A stretch of DNA of 64,000 nucleotides from Candidatus Altimarinota bacterium (GTDB lineage: Bacteria; Patescibacteriota; Gracilibacteria; UBA1369; 2-02-FULL-48-14): NCBI GenBank assembly GCA_015485665.1, contig WFTC01000015.1, positions 1,607-65,606 on the forward strand, in the 5' to 3' direction. The notes beneath the pieces were generated by a model, which ran no database searches, was not told the DNA's origin, and saw only the letters and a program-made list of their open reading frames with translations. This document shows, one piece after another, positions 1-8,221 of this stretch; positions within the stretch are counted from its first letter, which is position 1, and the number at the start of each line of letters is the position of its first letter. The translations under genes and the position numbers were made by a program.

Positions 1-58
1 CAGCCTTGAAAAGCTGAGCTTCAAATTTTTCCGGTTTTGTAGAATTATTTTTTACCAT
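1..58 (-). CDS. partial CDS, first 19 codons only (MVKNNSTKPEKFEAQLFKA...), continues past window start; function unknown
   Basis: The ATG at 58-56 lies 2 nt after the stop of the XRE regulator (61-63). The frame stays open to the window edge. It is absent from the ORF track only because it is truncated. Confidence 0.35.
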   Translation of the reverse strand, partial: MVKNNSTKPEKFEAQLFKA

Positions 59-60
59 AA

Positions 61-270
61 TTATTTCATTAAATCATCAAGCGTAACACCCAAAGCGTCC
101 GCAATCTTTTTAACGGTTTCTATGCGGAGATCAGGCGTTGAGCCTGCTTCAATCTTGGCGATAGTATGAAAAGCAAGATTTGCTCTCAAAGAGCGCAAAT
201 CTTGAGAAATACCGAGCTTGTTTCGGTATTTCTTTACATTGTCTCCAATTGTGGATTTTTGCTTTGACAT
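61..270 (-). CDS. XRE-family helix-turn-helix transcriptional regulator (69 aa)
   Basis: Typical HTH_3 layout: KKYRNKLGISQ ... IAKIEAG ... ETVKKIADALGVTLDDL. It is small and is the first gene of a pair that runs off the window. Confidence 0.8.
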   Translation of the reverse strand: MSKQKSTIGDNVKKYRNKLGISQDLRSLRANLAFHTIAKIEAGSTPDLRIETVKKIADALGVTLDDLMK

Positions 271-338
271 TATCGTATAGTTAGTATATGAATTATTTAC
301 GATTTACTCAAACGAAAAATGGGAGTATAAGTCCAAGT

Positions 339-348
339 GTGCGCGCAC
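339..348. promoter_or_regulatory. perfect 10-bp GC palindrome GTGCGCGCAC, candidate operator upstream of the XRE regulator
   Basis: The sequence is self-complementary and lies 69 nt upstream of the regulator ATG (270). It is a GC island in an AT-rich spacer. Confidence 0.25.
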
Positions 349-527
349 TGGATAGGTGGGGCAAGCATATTTCCCTTCTTGTCTTTTTTTTAAAATCCCC
401 GCCGTTTCGCTTACTTTGCAAGCGTGGAAGTAAAAGGGTAAAAAGGAAGGGGTCTGACGGAAGGAGTTTTTGCCCTTTTGCGATTAAAAATAGAGCGTTT
501 CCGCTTTTCTCTGCTTGAGAGAAACAC

Positions 528-550
528 AAAACAGAAAATTCTTCTGTTTT
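528..550 (-). terminator. candidate intrinsic terminator of the multicopper-oxidase operon
   Basis: A 9-bp stem aaaacagaa/ttctgtttt with a 5-nt loop lies about 75 nt after the oxidase stop (623). On the minus strand it is followed by GUGUUUCUCUC. Confidence 0.4.
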
Positions 551-622
551 GGTTCCGCCAGAGTGGAGGCGGGCGGAAATGCACCTCATTATTCTGGATT
601 TTGTTCAAAAAATGTTCGAACT

Positions 623-2083
623 TCATTCTACTTTTACAGCCGTCATCATACCAGCTTCTGCGTGCTCCAAAATATGACAATGGCTAACCCAGACGCCCTT
701 ATCCAAAGGAACAAGAGCAATATCAACAGACTGATTTGGATAAACCAAAACCGTATCTCTGAAATACGGTTCCTCTGAAGCTATGCCGTCTCTGGCAATA
801 ACTTTAAAAAATTGTCCATGTAAATGCATTGGATGCAATCGAGAAGATTCATTTGTAAAACGCATGGTATTAAATTTTGCATATTGAAAAGTAAAAGGAT
901 CATAATCAGGATATGCTTTATCATTTATTGTCCATTCAATTTCTCCCATCCCCATCATACCCCCTGCATCACTTCCCTCTTTACGACGAGCATTCAAACG
1001 ATATTCTTTATCAATTTCCACATCTTGCGCAGCATACCAATCCGGTACATTTGGATTACTTGGGAAGGGGAAATCAGGCGTTTCCTCTTTTTCACCTGAA
1101 ACAGCTATGCTTGCCAAGACTATAGGCTCTTGATTAAAAGTATCTAAAAGTGTGAAAACTTTTCCATCGGCATCACTTGGTATGGTGATATCCAAATCAA
1201 TTCTATTGCCGGGTGACAATTCTAAATCACCGATTTCAAACACCTCTTTAACATACATTCCATCAACAGCAATAACCTTTGCCTCCAAATTTTCAAAACT
1301 TGGCATATACACCCTTGCATTGGAAGTGTTTACCAATCTTAAACGAATTCTCTCTCCGGGTCTGACATTCAAAACTTCATCCGTGCTTGCATTTACGGTA
1401 ATCAAATTGCCCCAACGTCCATCATGCATCAAATCCATTTGTGTATTGAAAGCATCATAAACTTGCAGATCATCTGTCATTTTCCAGTCGTCAATCACCC
1501 ACACAATATCCTGCGAATAAGCCGCATCTATTTCATCTTCCACGATCAAAGTCCCAAAAAGACCTCGTTCAACCTGCTCTGAAGACCTAACATGCGGATG
1601 AAACCAGAAAGTTCCGGCATCCTTTGGAGTAAACTCATAAACAAAGCTTTCACCAGACTCTATTGGCTCTTGAGTAACACCTGGTACACCATCCATGGCA
1701 TTTGGTACACGCACACCATGAAAATGAATGGTGGTTTCTTGAGTTAAATTATTTGTAAAGTTAATTTTAAGCGTATCTCCCAATTTAATCCTTATTTCCG
1801 GACCGGGAACACTTCCGTTATAACTCCACACCTTTGTTTTATATCCATTAAAAATCTCTATTTCAGACTCAGCCGCAAGCATATCCACCTCCACAACATT
1901 GCCGTTTGGAACAATATCTTCATCATACGCTCCCATAAACTCTTCCAATAAGGATGTTCTATTAAACTCTGCATCTACATCATCTTTAGCCACTTCTTTT
2001 GTGGAAGTATTAAAATAAAACAAAGCTATAAGCGGAAAAGAAATGAACAAAATAAAAATTAGTATCTTTTGCATATATTTCAA
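623..2083 (-). CDS. multicopper oxidase (laccase/CueO-like), N-terminal signal/anchor
   Basis: All four copper-ligand motifs are present: IHFHGV, WFHPH, HPMHLHG and HCHILEHAEAGMM. There is a hydrophobic N-terminus (ILIFILFISFPLIALF). Confidence 0.9.
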   Translation of the reverse strand: MKYMQKILIFILFISFPLIALFYFNTSTKEVAKDDVDAEFNRTSLLEEFMGAYDEDIVPNGNVVEVDMLAAESEIEIFNGYKTKVWSYNGSVPGPEIRIKLGDTLKINFTNNLTQETTIHFHGVRVPNAMDGVPGVTQEPIESGESFVYEFTPKDAGTFWFHPHVRSSEQVERGLFGTLIVEDEIDAAYSQDIVWVIDDWKMTDDLQVYDAFNTQMDLMHDGRWGNLITVNASTDEVLNVRPGERIRLRLVNTSNARVYMPSFENLEAKVIAVDGMYVKEVFEIGDLELSPGNRIDLDITIPSDADGKVFTLLDTFNQEPIVLASIAVSGEKEETPDFPFPSNPNVPDWYAAQDVEIDKEYRLNARRKEGSDAGGMMGMGEIEWTINDKAYPDYDPFTFQYAKFNTMRFTNESSRLHPMHLHGQFFKVIARDGIASEEPYFRDTVLVYPNQSVDIALVPLDKGVWVSHCHILEHAEAGMMTAVKVE

Positions 2084-2089
2084 AATGGT

Positions 2090-3598
2090 TTATACACCGC
2101 ATCCACCGCCACCGGCGGGCTGCACTTGTTGAGTACCTTGCGTAGGAGCACTGCTTGAAACACCGCAACCTCCACCACCTTGAGGTACAGACGATGGCGC
2201 TGTTTCTGTATTTTGATTAAGCCATCCTTTCAACTGACTCCATCCTCTACCCGAGAAAAATGCTTCACTCACAGCAACTCTTGCATCTACATCTTTAAAA
2301 TCTATGCCTTCAGTCATCTTAAAGTAAGTTGCAACATCAGCCATTTGGCTTGGAAACCAGAAGGCTGAAAAATATTTAGCCGCTTCATAAAGCTCGTCTT
2401 CACTTGCTCCATTGGCAGTCATAAGCTCCAAAACACCTAGCAAAGCCATGCCGTGGTTACAATCCGGAAAAGCAGTGGAATTCCCGCAACAAGGTCTGTA
2501 AACAGACTCCGCCACGCTTTGCAAAAGAGCTTGTTCCTCTTCATCAAGAAGAGCAAGTTGTGATTTAGCCATGAACTCTTCAAGTGGTTTTTGTGCAATG
2601 GTCCAACCTCCTGTAGATGCAAAAGAACCAATCTGAGCCTCTCCATACTTCGTAATTTGACCTTCCGTTAAAATAGGATTTTCATTAGCCAAGCCAAATG
2701 CCCAAAAGAGATTGAGTAAAAAATATGAATTTTCTCTGTTTATGGTGATCTTTTCATTTGAGCCTTCCTCGCTAAACACCTTTAATTGTTCCTTTGTAAG
2801 AGGTAAACCCGCCCTATCATAAACCGCTTTAAATTTATCAAAATCAATAACACCAGCCTGCACCAATTGATAACCCATATTTCCGTACTCAATATCAATG
2901 GAAAAGCCTTCTTCAGGATTGACTTGATCATAAATGCTAACCAAATCAGATACCGTATCAACTGACTCTGAAGTGCCGGTACTTATTCCATTTTGCTGAA
3001 ATTTAATTTTCCAATTAGCCGGCAGCTTTGGTAAAGAAAATAAAATAAGCAAAAACAAAATAATAATCACACCGGCAAGCATTTTCCTTTTTTTTGCATT
3101 TTTCGGCTTACAAATTCCCAAAACTGAGTTTGAAGATTGTGTAATGGAAAAAATTAAAAGTAAAATTGCCAAAACTCTAATTTCCAAACCTTGAAAAGGG
3201 AAAACGGCAAGAGAGCCGGCAACTCCAAACAAAGGCAAAAGATAAGCTCCACATACTGGACAACCTGAAGCTATAGCGCCGAAAAAAGTCCCGAAAAAAC
3301 CTGTAGATGCTGATGTGCCAGCTTCCTTCTTTTTCTTTTTGAAAAGATAAATGATCATGGATGAGGAAACTCCGAAAAGCAAAGCGGTTAAAATAGATAA
3401 CACCACGGAAGCGATACTGTAAAACAAGGTATTCTGCGAAAAAAGAACCCGAAATGTTGTAGCTTGTATTAAAATGATATAATCCAAAGCCAAAAAATTG
3501 AATGTAAAGCTTACAGCCGCAAATTTATAAAGCGGATCTTTAAATACTTTCTTTAAAGCTGTCTGAACATTTTTCAATGTACTTTTACATGACTTCAT
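2090..3598 (-). CDS. polytopic membrane protein with Cys motifs (function unknown, putative metal/redox handling)
   Basis: About 5 predicted TM helices, one of them containing GCPVCG. A roughly 300-aa soluble domain carries RPCCGNSTAFPDCNHGMA. The C-terminal tail has two GGGGCGV copies. The stop is 6 nt upstream of the oxidase start. Confidence 0.6.
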   Translation of the reverse strand: MKSCKSTLKNVQTALKKVFKDPLYKFAAVSFTFNFLALDYIILIQATTFRVLFSQNTLFYSIASVVLSILTALLFGVSSSMIIYLFKKKKKEAGTSASTGFFGTFFGAIASGCPVCGAYLLPLFGVAGSLAVFPFQGLEIRVLAILLLIFSITQSSNSVLGICKPKNAKKRKMLAGVIIILFLLILFSLPKLPANWKIKFQQNGISTGTSESVDTVSDLVSIYDQVNPEEGFSIDIEYGNMGYQLVQAGVIDFDKFKAVYDRAGLPLTKEQLKVFSEEGSNEKITINRENSYFLLNLFWAFGLANENPILTEGQITKYGEAQIGSFASTGGWTIAQKPLEEFMAKSQLALLDEEEQALLQSVAESVYRPCCGNSTAFPDCNHGMALLGVLELMTANGASEDELYEAAKYFSAFWFPSQMADVATYFKMTEGIDFKDVDARVAVSEAFFSGRGWSQLKGWLNQNTETAPSSVPQGGGGCGVSSSAPTQGTQQVQPAGGGGCGV

Positions 3599-3694
3599 AA
3601 TTGGTGGAGTGAATTAAAGATAAATAAAAAATTTTAAAAAAAATGCCTTGGCTACCAATAAAAGTCAAAAGAATAAAAAAATCTTACAAAAGAT

Positions 3695-3714
3695 AAAACC
3701 CCACCTGAGCGGGG
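3695..3714 (-). terminator. intrinsic terminator after the small lipoprotein gene
   Basis: Minus-strand RNA CCCCGC-UCAG-GUGGGG followed by UUUU, 28 nt after the stop at 3742. Confidence 0.6.
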
Positions 3715-3741
3715 CTTTATAACAGAAGGAAAAAAACTTGA

Positions 3742-4005
3742 TTACTCAGCAGTTTCTTCCATGGTGTCTTCTTCCATGGTGTCTTCTTCCATGGTGTCTT
3801 CTTCCATGGTGTCTTCTCCGGTGCTTGCTTCATCTACAGAGCTTGCTTCCGCGGCTTCTTCTTCCACGGTTTCATTCTCCATAGTTGCTTCTTCCAAAAT
3901 ATTGTCTTCCTCTGTGGGAGCTTCTTCTTTGGTTGATGTACAACCTGCGAAAGCAATAGCGAGGATTCCAAAGCTGGCAAGCAAGAGTCGCATGAATTTG
4001 TTCAT
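3742..4005 (-). CDS. small acidic lipoprotein with EEDTM repeats (87 aa)
   Basis: Signal peptide plus lipobox (LAIAFAG-C). The mature part is extremely Glu/Asp/Met rich and ends in 4x (EEDTM). A terminator follows the gene. Confidence 0.7.
   Translation of the reverse strand: MNKFMRLLLASFGILAIAFAGCTSTKEEAPTEEDNILEEATMENETVEEEAAEASSVDEASTGEDTMEEDTMEEDTMEEDTMEETAE
3761..3820. repeat. 15-bp tandem repeat x4 (atggtgtcttcttcc; last unit variant)
   Basis: Read directly: three perfect units and one variant unit. It encodes the EEDTM repeat of the lipoprotein. Confidence 0.95.
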
Positions 4006-4133
4006 GACAGGAATCGTTAAGAATAAATTGGCTGGGTCAGAGTTTAGTAAAGTGAAACATAGCTGACAAGCAGCTTCCTGTTGCCCACTGTTAGAAATTG
4101 ACGGCTAATATATCTGTGAGATATGCTGCGCTC

Positions 4134-4583
4134 ATGCAGAAATTAATTCTGAAAAACAAGAAAGCTAGGTTCAACTATGACGTTCTGGACACATTTGAAG
4201 CAGGCATAGTACTCTACGGACATGAAGTAAAATCTCTGAAAAACGGAGGTGGAAACTTCACAGGTGCCTTTGTAGGCTTGCAAGAAGGCGAAGTTTGGCT
4301 AAAAGGCTTTCACATTAAACTGTACGAAAAAAGCACTCTGGAGGTTTACAATCCGGAACGTCCAAGAAAATTATTACTTCGTAAAGCGGAAATTCAAAAA
4401 TTGACTAGTGCTTTAAGCACAAGAGGGATTACGATTATTCCGCTGTCTTATGGGCTGAATCGTGGCAAAATCAAATTTGAAGTAGGGATCTGTCGTGGCA
4501 AGAAAAAACACGACAAAAGAGAAGACTTGAAAAAACGTGATCAAAACCGCCGCATAAATGCCGCTCTCAAAAATTACTTATGA
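4134..4583 (+). CDS. smpB: SsrA-binding protein SmpB
   Basis: KKARFNYDV..EAGIVL.G.EVKSLK ... PERPRKLLL ... KGKKKHDKRE are typical SmpB features. The ATG at 4134 is preferred over the TTG at 4098 in the track. Confidence 0.9.
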   Translation: MQKLILKNKKARFNYDVLDTFEAGIVLYGHEVKSLKNGGGNFTGAFVGLQEGEVWLKGFHIKLYEKSTLEVYNPERPRKLLLRKAEIQKLTSALSTRGITIIPLSYGLNRGKIKFEVGICRGKKKHDKREDLKKRDQNRRINAALKNYL

Positions 4584-5380
4584 AAGCAATATTTTCCACG
4601 CTAATACGAGAACTGCACGCTTACGCAAAGAGTAACAGGATACACCATGCCGTGCTTGGCATATCCGGAGGGCTGGACAGCTCAATAGCTCTATGTGCTG
4701 CGGTTCGCGCATTCGGAGCAAAAAATGTTAGTGCTTTGATATTGCCGGAAACCGGACTGACACCTGATATTGATATTGATCATGCAAAAGCTCTGGCAAA
4801 TCATTTCGGCGTTGTTACGCATTACCATTCCATCAATAATCATTTAGTGGATTTCAACTTTCTTTCATGGAAAAAAACACAAGAATCCACGGAAGAACTA
4901 AAAAGCTCTGTTCGTGCAATGTTACTCAGATACTATGCAAGAACCCATAAAGCATTATGGATTTCCGCAGCAAATAAAAGTGATTTACTGCTTGGGCTCG
5001 GAACGCAAGAAGGAGAACTTGGCGGAGACCTATATCTTTTGGGAGATCTTTATAAATCAGATCTTGTAGAATTGGCAAAGCACATAGGTCTTCCTGACGA
5101 ACTAATAGAAAAAGCACCCTCCAGACACATAAAGCCTTGCCAGAGTGATGCCGAAGATCTTTGTGCCACATGGACTCAAATAGATGATGTTTTACGTCAA
5201 ATAAATAATAAAATTGACCCGGAAGTTCTAATTGAAAAAGGCATGGACTCATTATTGGTTCATAAAGTTGCACGCATGGTGCAAGCACAAACTTTAAAAC
5301 GCAGACAAACCCCAATAATTCCAATAGGAGATATAAAAAAAGCCCTTAAAGAAGCTCAAGAAGCTGAAGCCGCTAGCTAA
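4580..5380 (+). CDS. nadE: NH3-dependent NAD+ synthetase
   Basis: PP-loop motif GISGGLDSS, size 266 aa, and an ATGA overlap with the smpB stop. Confidence 0.8.
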   Translation: MKAIFSTLIRELHAYAKSNRIHHAVLGISGGLDSSIALCAAVRAFGAKNVSALILPETGLTPDIDIDHAKALANHFGVVTHYHSINNHLVDFNFLSWKKTQESTEELKSSVRAMLLRYYARTHKALWISAANKSDLLLGLGTQEGELGGDLYLLGDLYKSDLVELAKHIGLPDELIEKAPSRHIKPCQSDAEDLCATWTQIDDVLRQINNKIDPEVLIEKGMDSLLVHKVARMVQAQTLKRRQTPIIPIGDIKKALKEAQEAEAAS

Positions 5381-5398
5381 ACGTATGAAAAGTCATCT

Positions 5399-6673
5399 TC
5401 ATACATTTAAATAAGAATTGAAGCCGGGCCTCGTAACTACTGCAATTTTATTCGGATCCAATTTTTTCTTGAAGATAGTACGCACCCCGCTTACCCCTTT
5501 GCTTATATTTTGACTTGCCCAAAGATCATTCCCCAAATAAATTGCATCATGAAATCCCGTATAAGCATTTCCATTTTCATAAATCACCATGTCACCGGGC
5601 TTTAAACCTCCAATTTCACTGATGCTGTCTTTACGATTTACGGCATTCTTTGCCCAAGCTGAATATTCCGAATATTTTGTATTCACAAAAGCACAAGCTC
5701 TGGCATTATATCGCCCCTCGGACAAACCGGCTTTTTTAGCAATGGTATCCACCCACCCAGAACAATGATTATAACGAGCGGGATCCACCTTAGCATTGTC
5801 ACAATCAATGTTTTTAAAAACACCAAGCAAAGCTGCTGCCGCTACCTTATCCCCTACGCTTTCAGAACTATTTACAATATCTGCAAAGCTGTTGTACTTC
5901 AATTGAGTTATTTTACCTCCAGAAAATTCATAAAGTCCGGTAATTGCAGTGTTGTTTTTTGCTGATTCAAGTTGACTCATATTAACAGGACTCTCAACTT
6001 CCGACTCTACTATACCTTGCCATTTTTCCATTAAAGCATCACTCAGGGTTCCAAACATGGAAAAAGCCAAGGCAATTGCCGTTGCAATATTCCCATCCCT
6101 TAACGCTAAGCTTATTTCCTTCTGTTTTTCTTTAAGCATTTCCCACTTGGATACCTTGCTTAAATTCATAACGTCAGATAAATCTGCATCTTCCGCAATT
6201 GGCGCTACAACAGGCGTATTCGACTCATCCGCCTCTTCATCCGCCTCTTCACCTACCTCTTCATCCGCCTCTTCATCCGCCTCTTCATTTGGGCTAATTA
6301 GCTCTAATTTCTCATCTATCTCACGACGCAACAAAGCCAAACGACGAGGCTCCAACAAAAACTCCCAATATTCAGCTTTAAAATCAAAATACGCCTTATC
6401 TTTATCCGGCCCATTTGACATATTATTGATTTTATCAAGAATATCAGTCAAATCTTTAACTACATCGGATGGTATTTCTTTAAAATCAGGATTTATTTTC
6501 AAGTTATGTTCAAGTCGCTGCTTAAGGCTGTCATTTGAAATTCGATCTAAAATATTTGACATTTCCTGTCTGCCATAAAGATCCATTCCAGCTTCACGCA
6601 AGCGCTCTTTAGGTTCTTTAGGTTCTTTAATATGATCTGTCAAGCTATAAGCTTCCCTACCGCCTTCCTCCAT
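5399..6673 (-). CDS. hypothetical protein with acidic EEAD repeats and a C-terminal NlpC/P60- or CHAP-like papain-fold domain
   Basis: The C-terminal roughly 130 aa has a Cys...His arrangement (NHCSGWVDTI ... PGDMVIYENG..TGFHDAIYLG) typical of cell-wall amidase/peptidase folds. No obvious signal peptide. Confidence 0.5.
   Translation of the reverse strand: MEEGGREAYSLTDHIKEPKEPKERLREAGMDLYGRQEMSNILDRISNDSLKQRLEHNLKINPDFKEIPSDVVKDLTDILDKINNMSNGPDKDKAYFDFKAEYWEFLLEPRRLALLRREIDEKLELISPNEEADEEADEEVGEEADEEADESNTPVVAPIAEDADLSDVMNLSKVSKWEMLKEKQKEISLALRDGNIATAIALAFSMFGTLSDALMEKWQGIVESEVESPVNMSQLESAKNNTAITGLYEFSGGKITQLKYNSFADIVNSSESVGDKVAAAALLGVFKNIDCDNAKVDPARYNHCSGWVDTIAKKAGLSEGRYNARACAFVNTKYSEYSAWAKNAVNRKDSISEIGGLKPGDMVIYENGNAYTGFHDAIYLGNDLWASQNISKGVSGVRTIFKKKLDPNKIAVVTRPGFNSYLNV
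6225..6284. repeat. 12-bp tandem repeat x5 (tcatccgcctct; third unit variant)
   Basis: Read directly. It encodes EEADEEADEEVGEEADEEAD in the 424-aa protein. Confidence 0.9.
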
Positions 6674-6764
6674 TTTTTATTGCCAAGAAATATAAATTAA
6701 TCATATTATTATAGCATTTTTTGTCTATTTTTTCAAGCGCCACATCCTGCTATTATCTGAGTAT

Positions 6765-8177
6765 ATGCTAAATCCAAATATTTTCCGCGCTTATGATATA
6801 CGCGGTATAGCCCACATTCCAAAAACTTCAAAGAAACCCGACCTCACTCCGCAAAACATGGAGCTGATAGGCAGAGCTGCAGGCAGCTATTTAAAGCAGC
6901 TACACGGTAAAAATCTGGTATTGGGTAGAGATTGCCGCTTGAGTAATCCTCAGCTAAGCGATGCCTTTATCAAGGGACTTCTCAGCACAGGCTGCAATGT
7001 AACAGACATGGGCATGATCCCAACCCCTCTTATGTATTGGGCTGTTTGTCATTATGATTTCAATGGCGGAGCGTGCATCACCGCAAGCCACAATCCAAAA
7101 GAATATAACGGCGTGAAATTGGTGGGTGAAAAGGCACATTCAATCTGTGGAGAAGATCTGCAAGAAGTCTATCAAAAGGCAATAAAAGGAGATTTTGAGA
7201 AAGGAGACGGTGTTTATAAAAAAGCGGATCTTTTCAATGAATATATGCATCATATATCTGAGTTAATAAACTTGAAACGAAGCTTGAAAGTTATTGTAGA
7301 CGCAGGAAATGGCGCCACTGGACCATACGTAAAAGAGTTTTTTGAAAAACTGGGGTGTGAAGTTATTACGCTCTATAGCACGCCTGACGGTGCTTTTCCA
7401 AATCACCCTGCAAATCCGGAAGAAATTGAAAATATGCAAGACTTGATAAATGCGGTACAAAAGCATAAAGCAGACATTGGTATAGCCTTTGACGGAGACG
7501 GTGATCGGGTAGGAGTAGTTGACGAAAATGGCAAACATTATAATGCGGATTGGCTGCTTATACTGCTGGCACGAGATCTACTAAGACGTAAAAAAGGAGC
7601 CAAAATTGTTTTTGATGTAAAGGTTTCTCAACTGCTGATTGAAGACATAAAAAAACATGGTGGAGAACCGGTTATGTGTAAAACGGGACATTCTTTCATT
7701 GAAAGAAAAATGCATGAAATTGGTGCACCTCTCGGTGGCGAAATTAGCGGTCACATGTTTTTCTCAGAAAACTATTACGGATTTGATGATGCTTTTTTGG
7801 CGGCTGCAAAAATTTTAGAGATCTTATCTGGATCAGATAAAGCGTTTTCGGCACATTTTTCAGATCTTCATCCAACAATATGTACACCTGAACTAAAATC
7901 TGCCTGTCCGGATGACTTAAAATTTGAAATTGTAGAGCGCATAAGTACAAATTTTGTAAATAAATATGACTGTATCACAATTGATGGAGTGCGTGTAAAT
8001 TTTGATGAATCATCATGGGGTGCCGTACGTTGCAGCAATACATCTCCAAATCTTACAATTCGTTTTGAATCGCCAAGCAAAGAACGTTTATATGAAATTA
8101 TGCAAATCATGCTACGTGAACTTGAAAAATATCCTGAAGTGGATTTATGGTGGTCCAAAGAATATGGAATAAAATAA
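6765..8177 (+). CDS. phosphomannomutase/phosphoglucomutase family protein
   Basis: Active-site TASHNPKEYNGVK, metal loop FDGDGDRVG, and the sugar loop GEISGH. Confidence 0.85.
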   Translation: MLNPNIFRAYDIRGIAHIPKTSKKPDLTPQNMELIGRAAGSYLKQLHGKNLVLGRDCRLSNPQLSDAFIKGLLSTGCNVTDMGMIPTPLMYWAVCHYDFNGGACITASHNPKEYNGVKLVGEKAHSICGEDLQEVYQKAIKGDFEKGDGVYKKADLFNEYMHHISELINLKRSLKVIVDAGNGATGPYVKEFFEKLGCEVITLYSTPDGAFPNHPANPEEIENMQDLINAVQKHKADIGIAFDGDGDRVGVVDENGKHYNADWLLILLARDLLRRKKGAKIVFDVKVSQLLIEDIKKHGGEPVMCKTGHSFIERKMHEIGAPLGGEISGHMFFSENYYGFDDAFLAAAKILEILSGSDKAFSAHFSDLHPTICTPELKSACPDDLKFEIVERISTNFVNKYDCITIDGVRVNFDESSWGAVRCSNTSPNLTIRFESPSKERLYEIMQIMLRELEKYPEVDLWWSKEYGIK

Positions 8178-8221
8178 GCTGCAAAAATGCTTTAATATTA
8201 ATCCAAACTTTATATCTAAAA

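Noticed and set aside
288-620. Possible RNase P RNA or SRP RNA: GGGAGUAUAAGUCCAAG resembles the GAGGAAAGUCC P4 strand, and GUCUGACGGAAGGAG resembles the SRP GGAAGGAAGCAGC
   Set aside because: There is no downstream complement (UUGGACUU-like) to form P4, and no ACAGAA..GGCUUA or GGUGCGGUAAGAGC elements in the right order. The SRP domain IV consensus GGAAGCAGC is absent. The region is kept only as an unassigned structured region.
3761-4066. Plus-strand 101-aa ORF (MVSSSMVSSS...)
   Set aside because: It is antisense to the lipoprotein gene. The minus-strand product has a proper signal peptide, lipobox and terminator. The plus-strand product is a low-complexity artefact of the repeat.
3761-6284. 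Tandem repeats (15 bp x4 at 3761-3820 and 12 bp x5 at 6225-6284) as possible CRISPR or other arrays
   Set aside because: The units are contiguous with no spacers, are multiples of 3 bp, and lie inside ORFs where they encode peptide repeats.
6057-6578. Plus-strand 173-aa Ser-rich ORF
   Set aside because: It is antisense to the 424-aa acidic-repeat/NlpC-like gene. Its composition is the mirror image of the Glu/Asp-rich sense frame.
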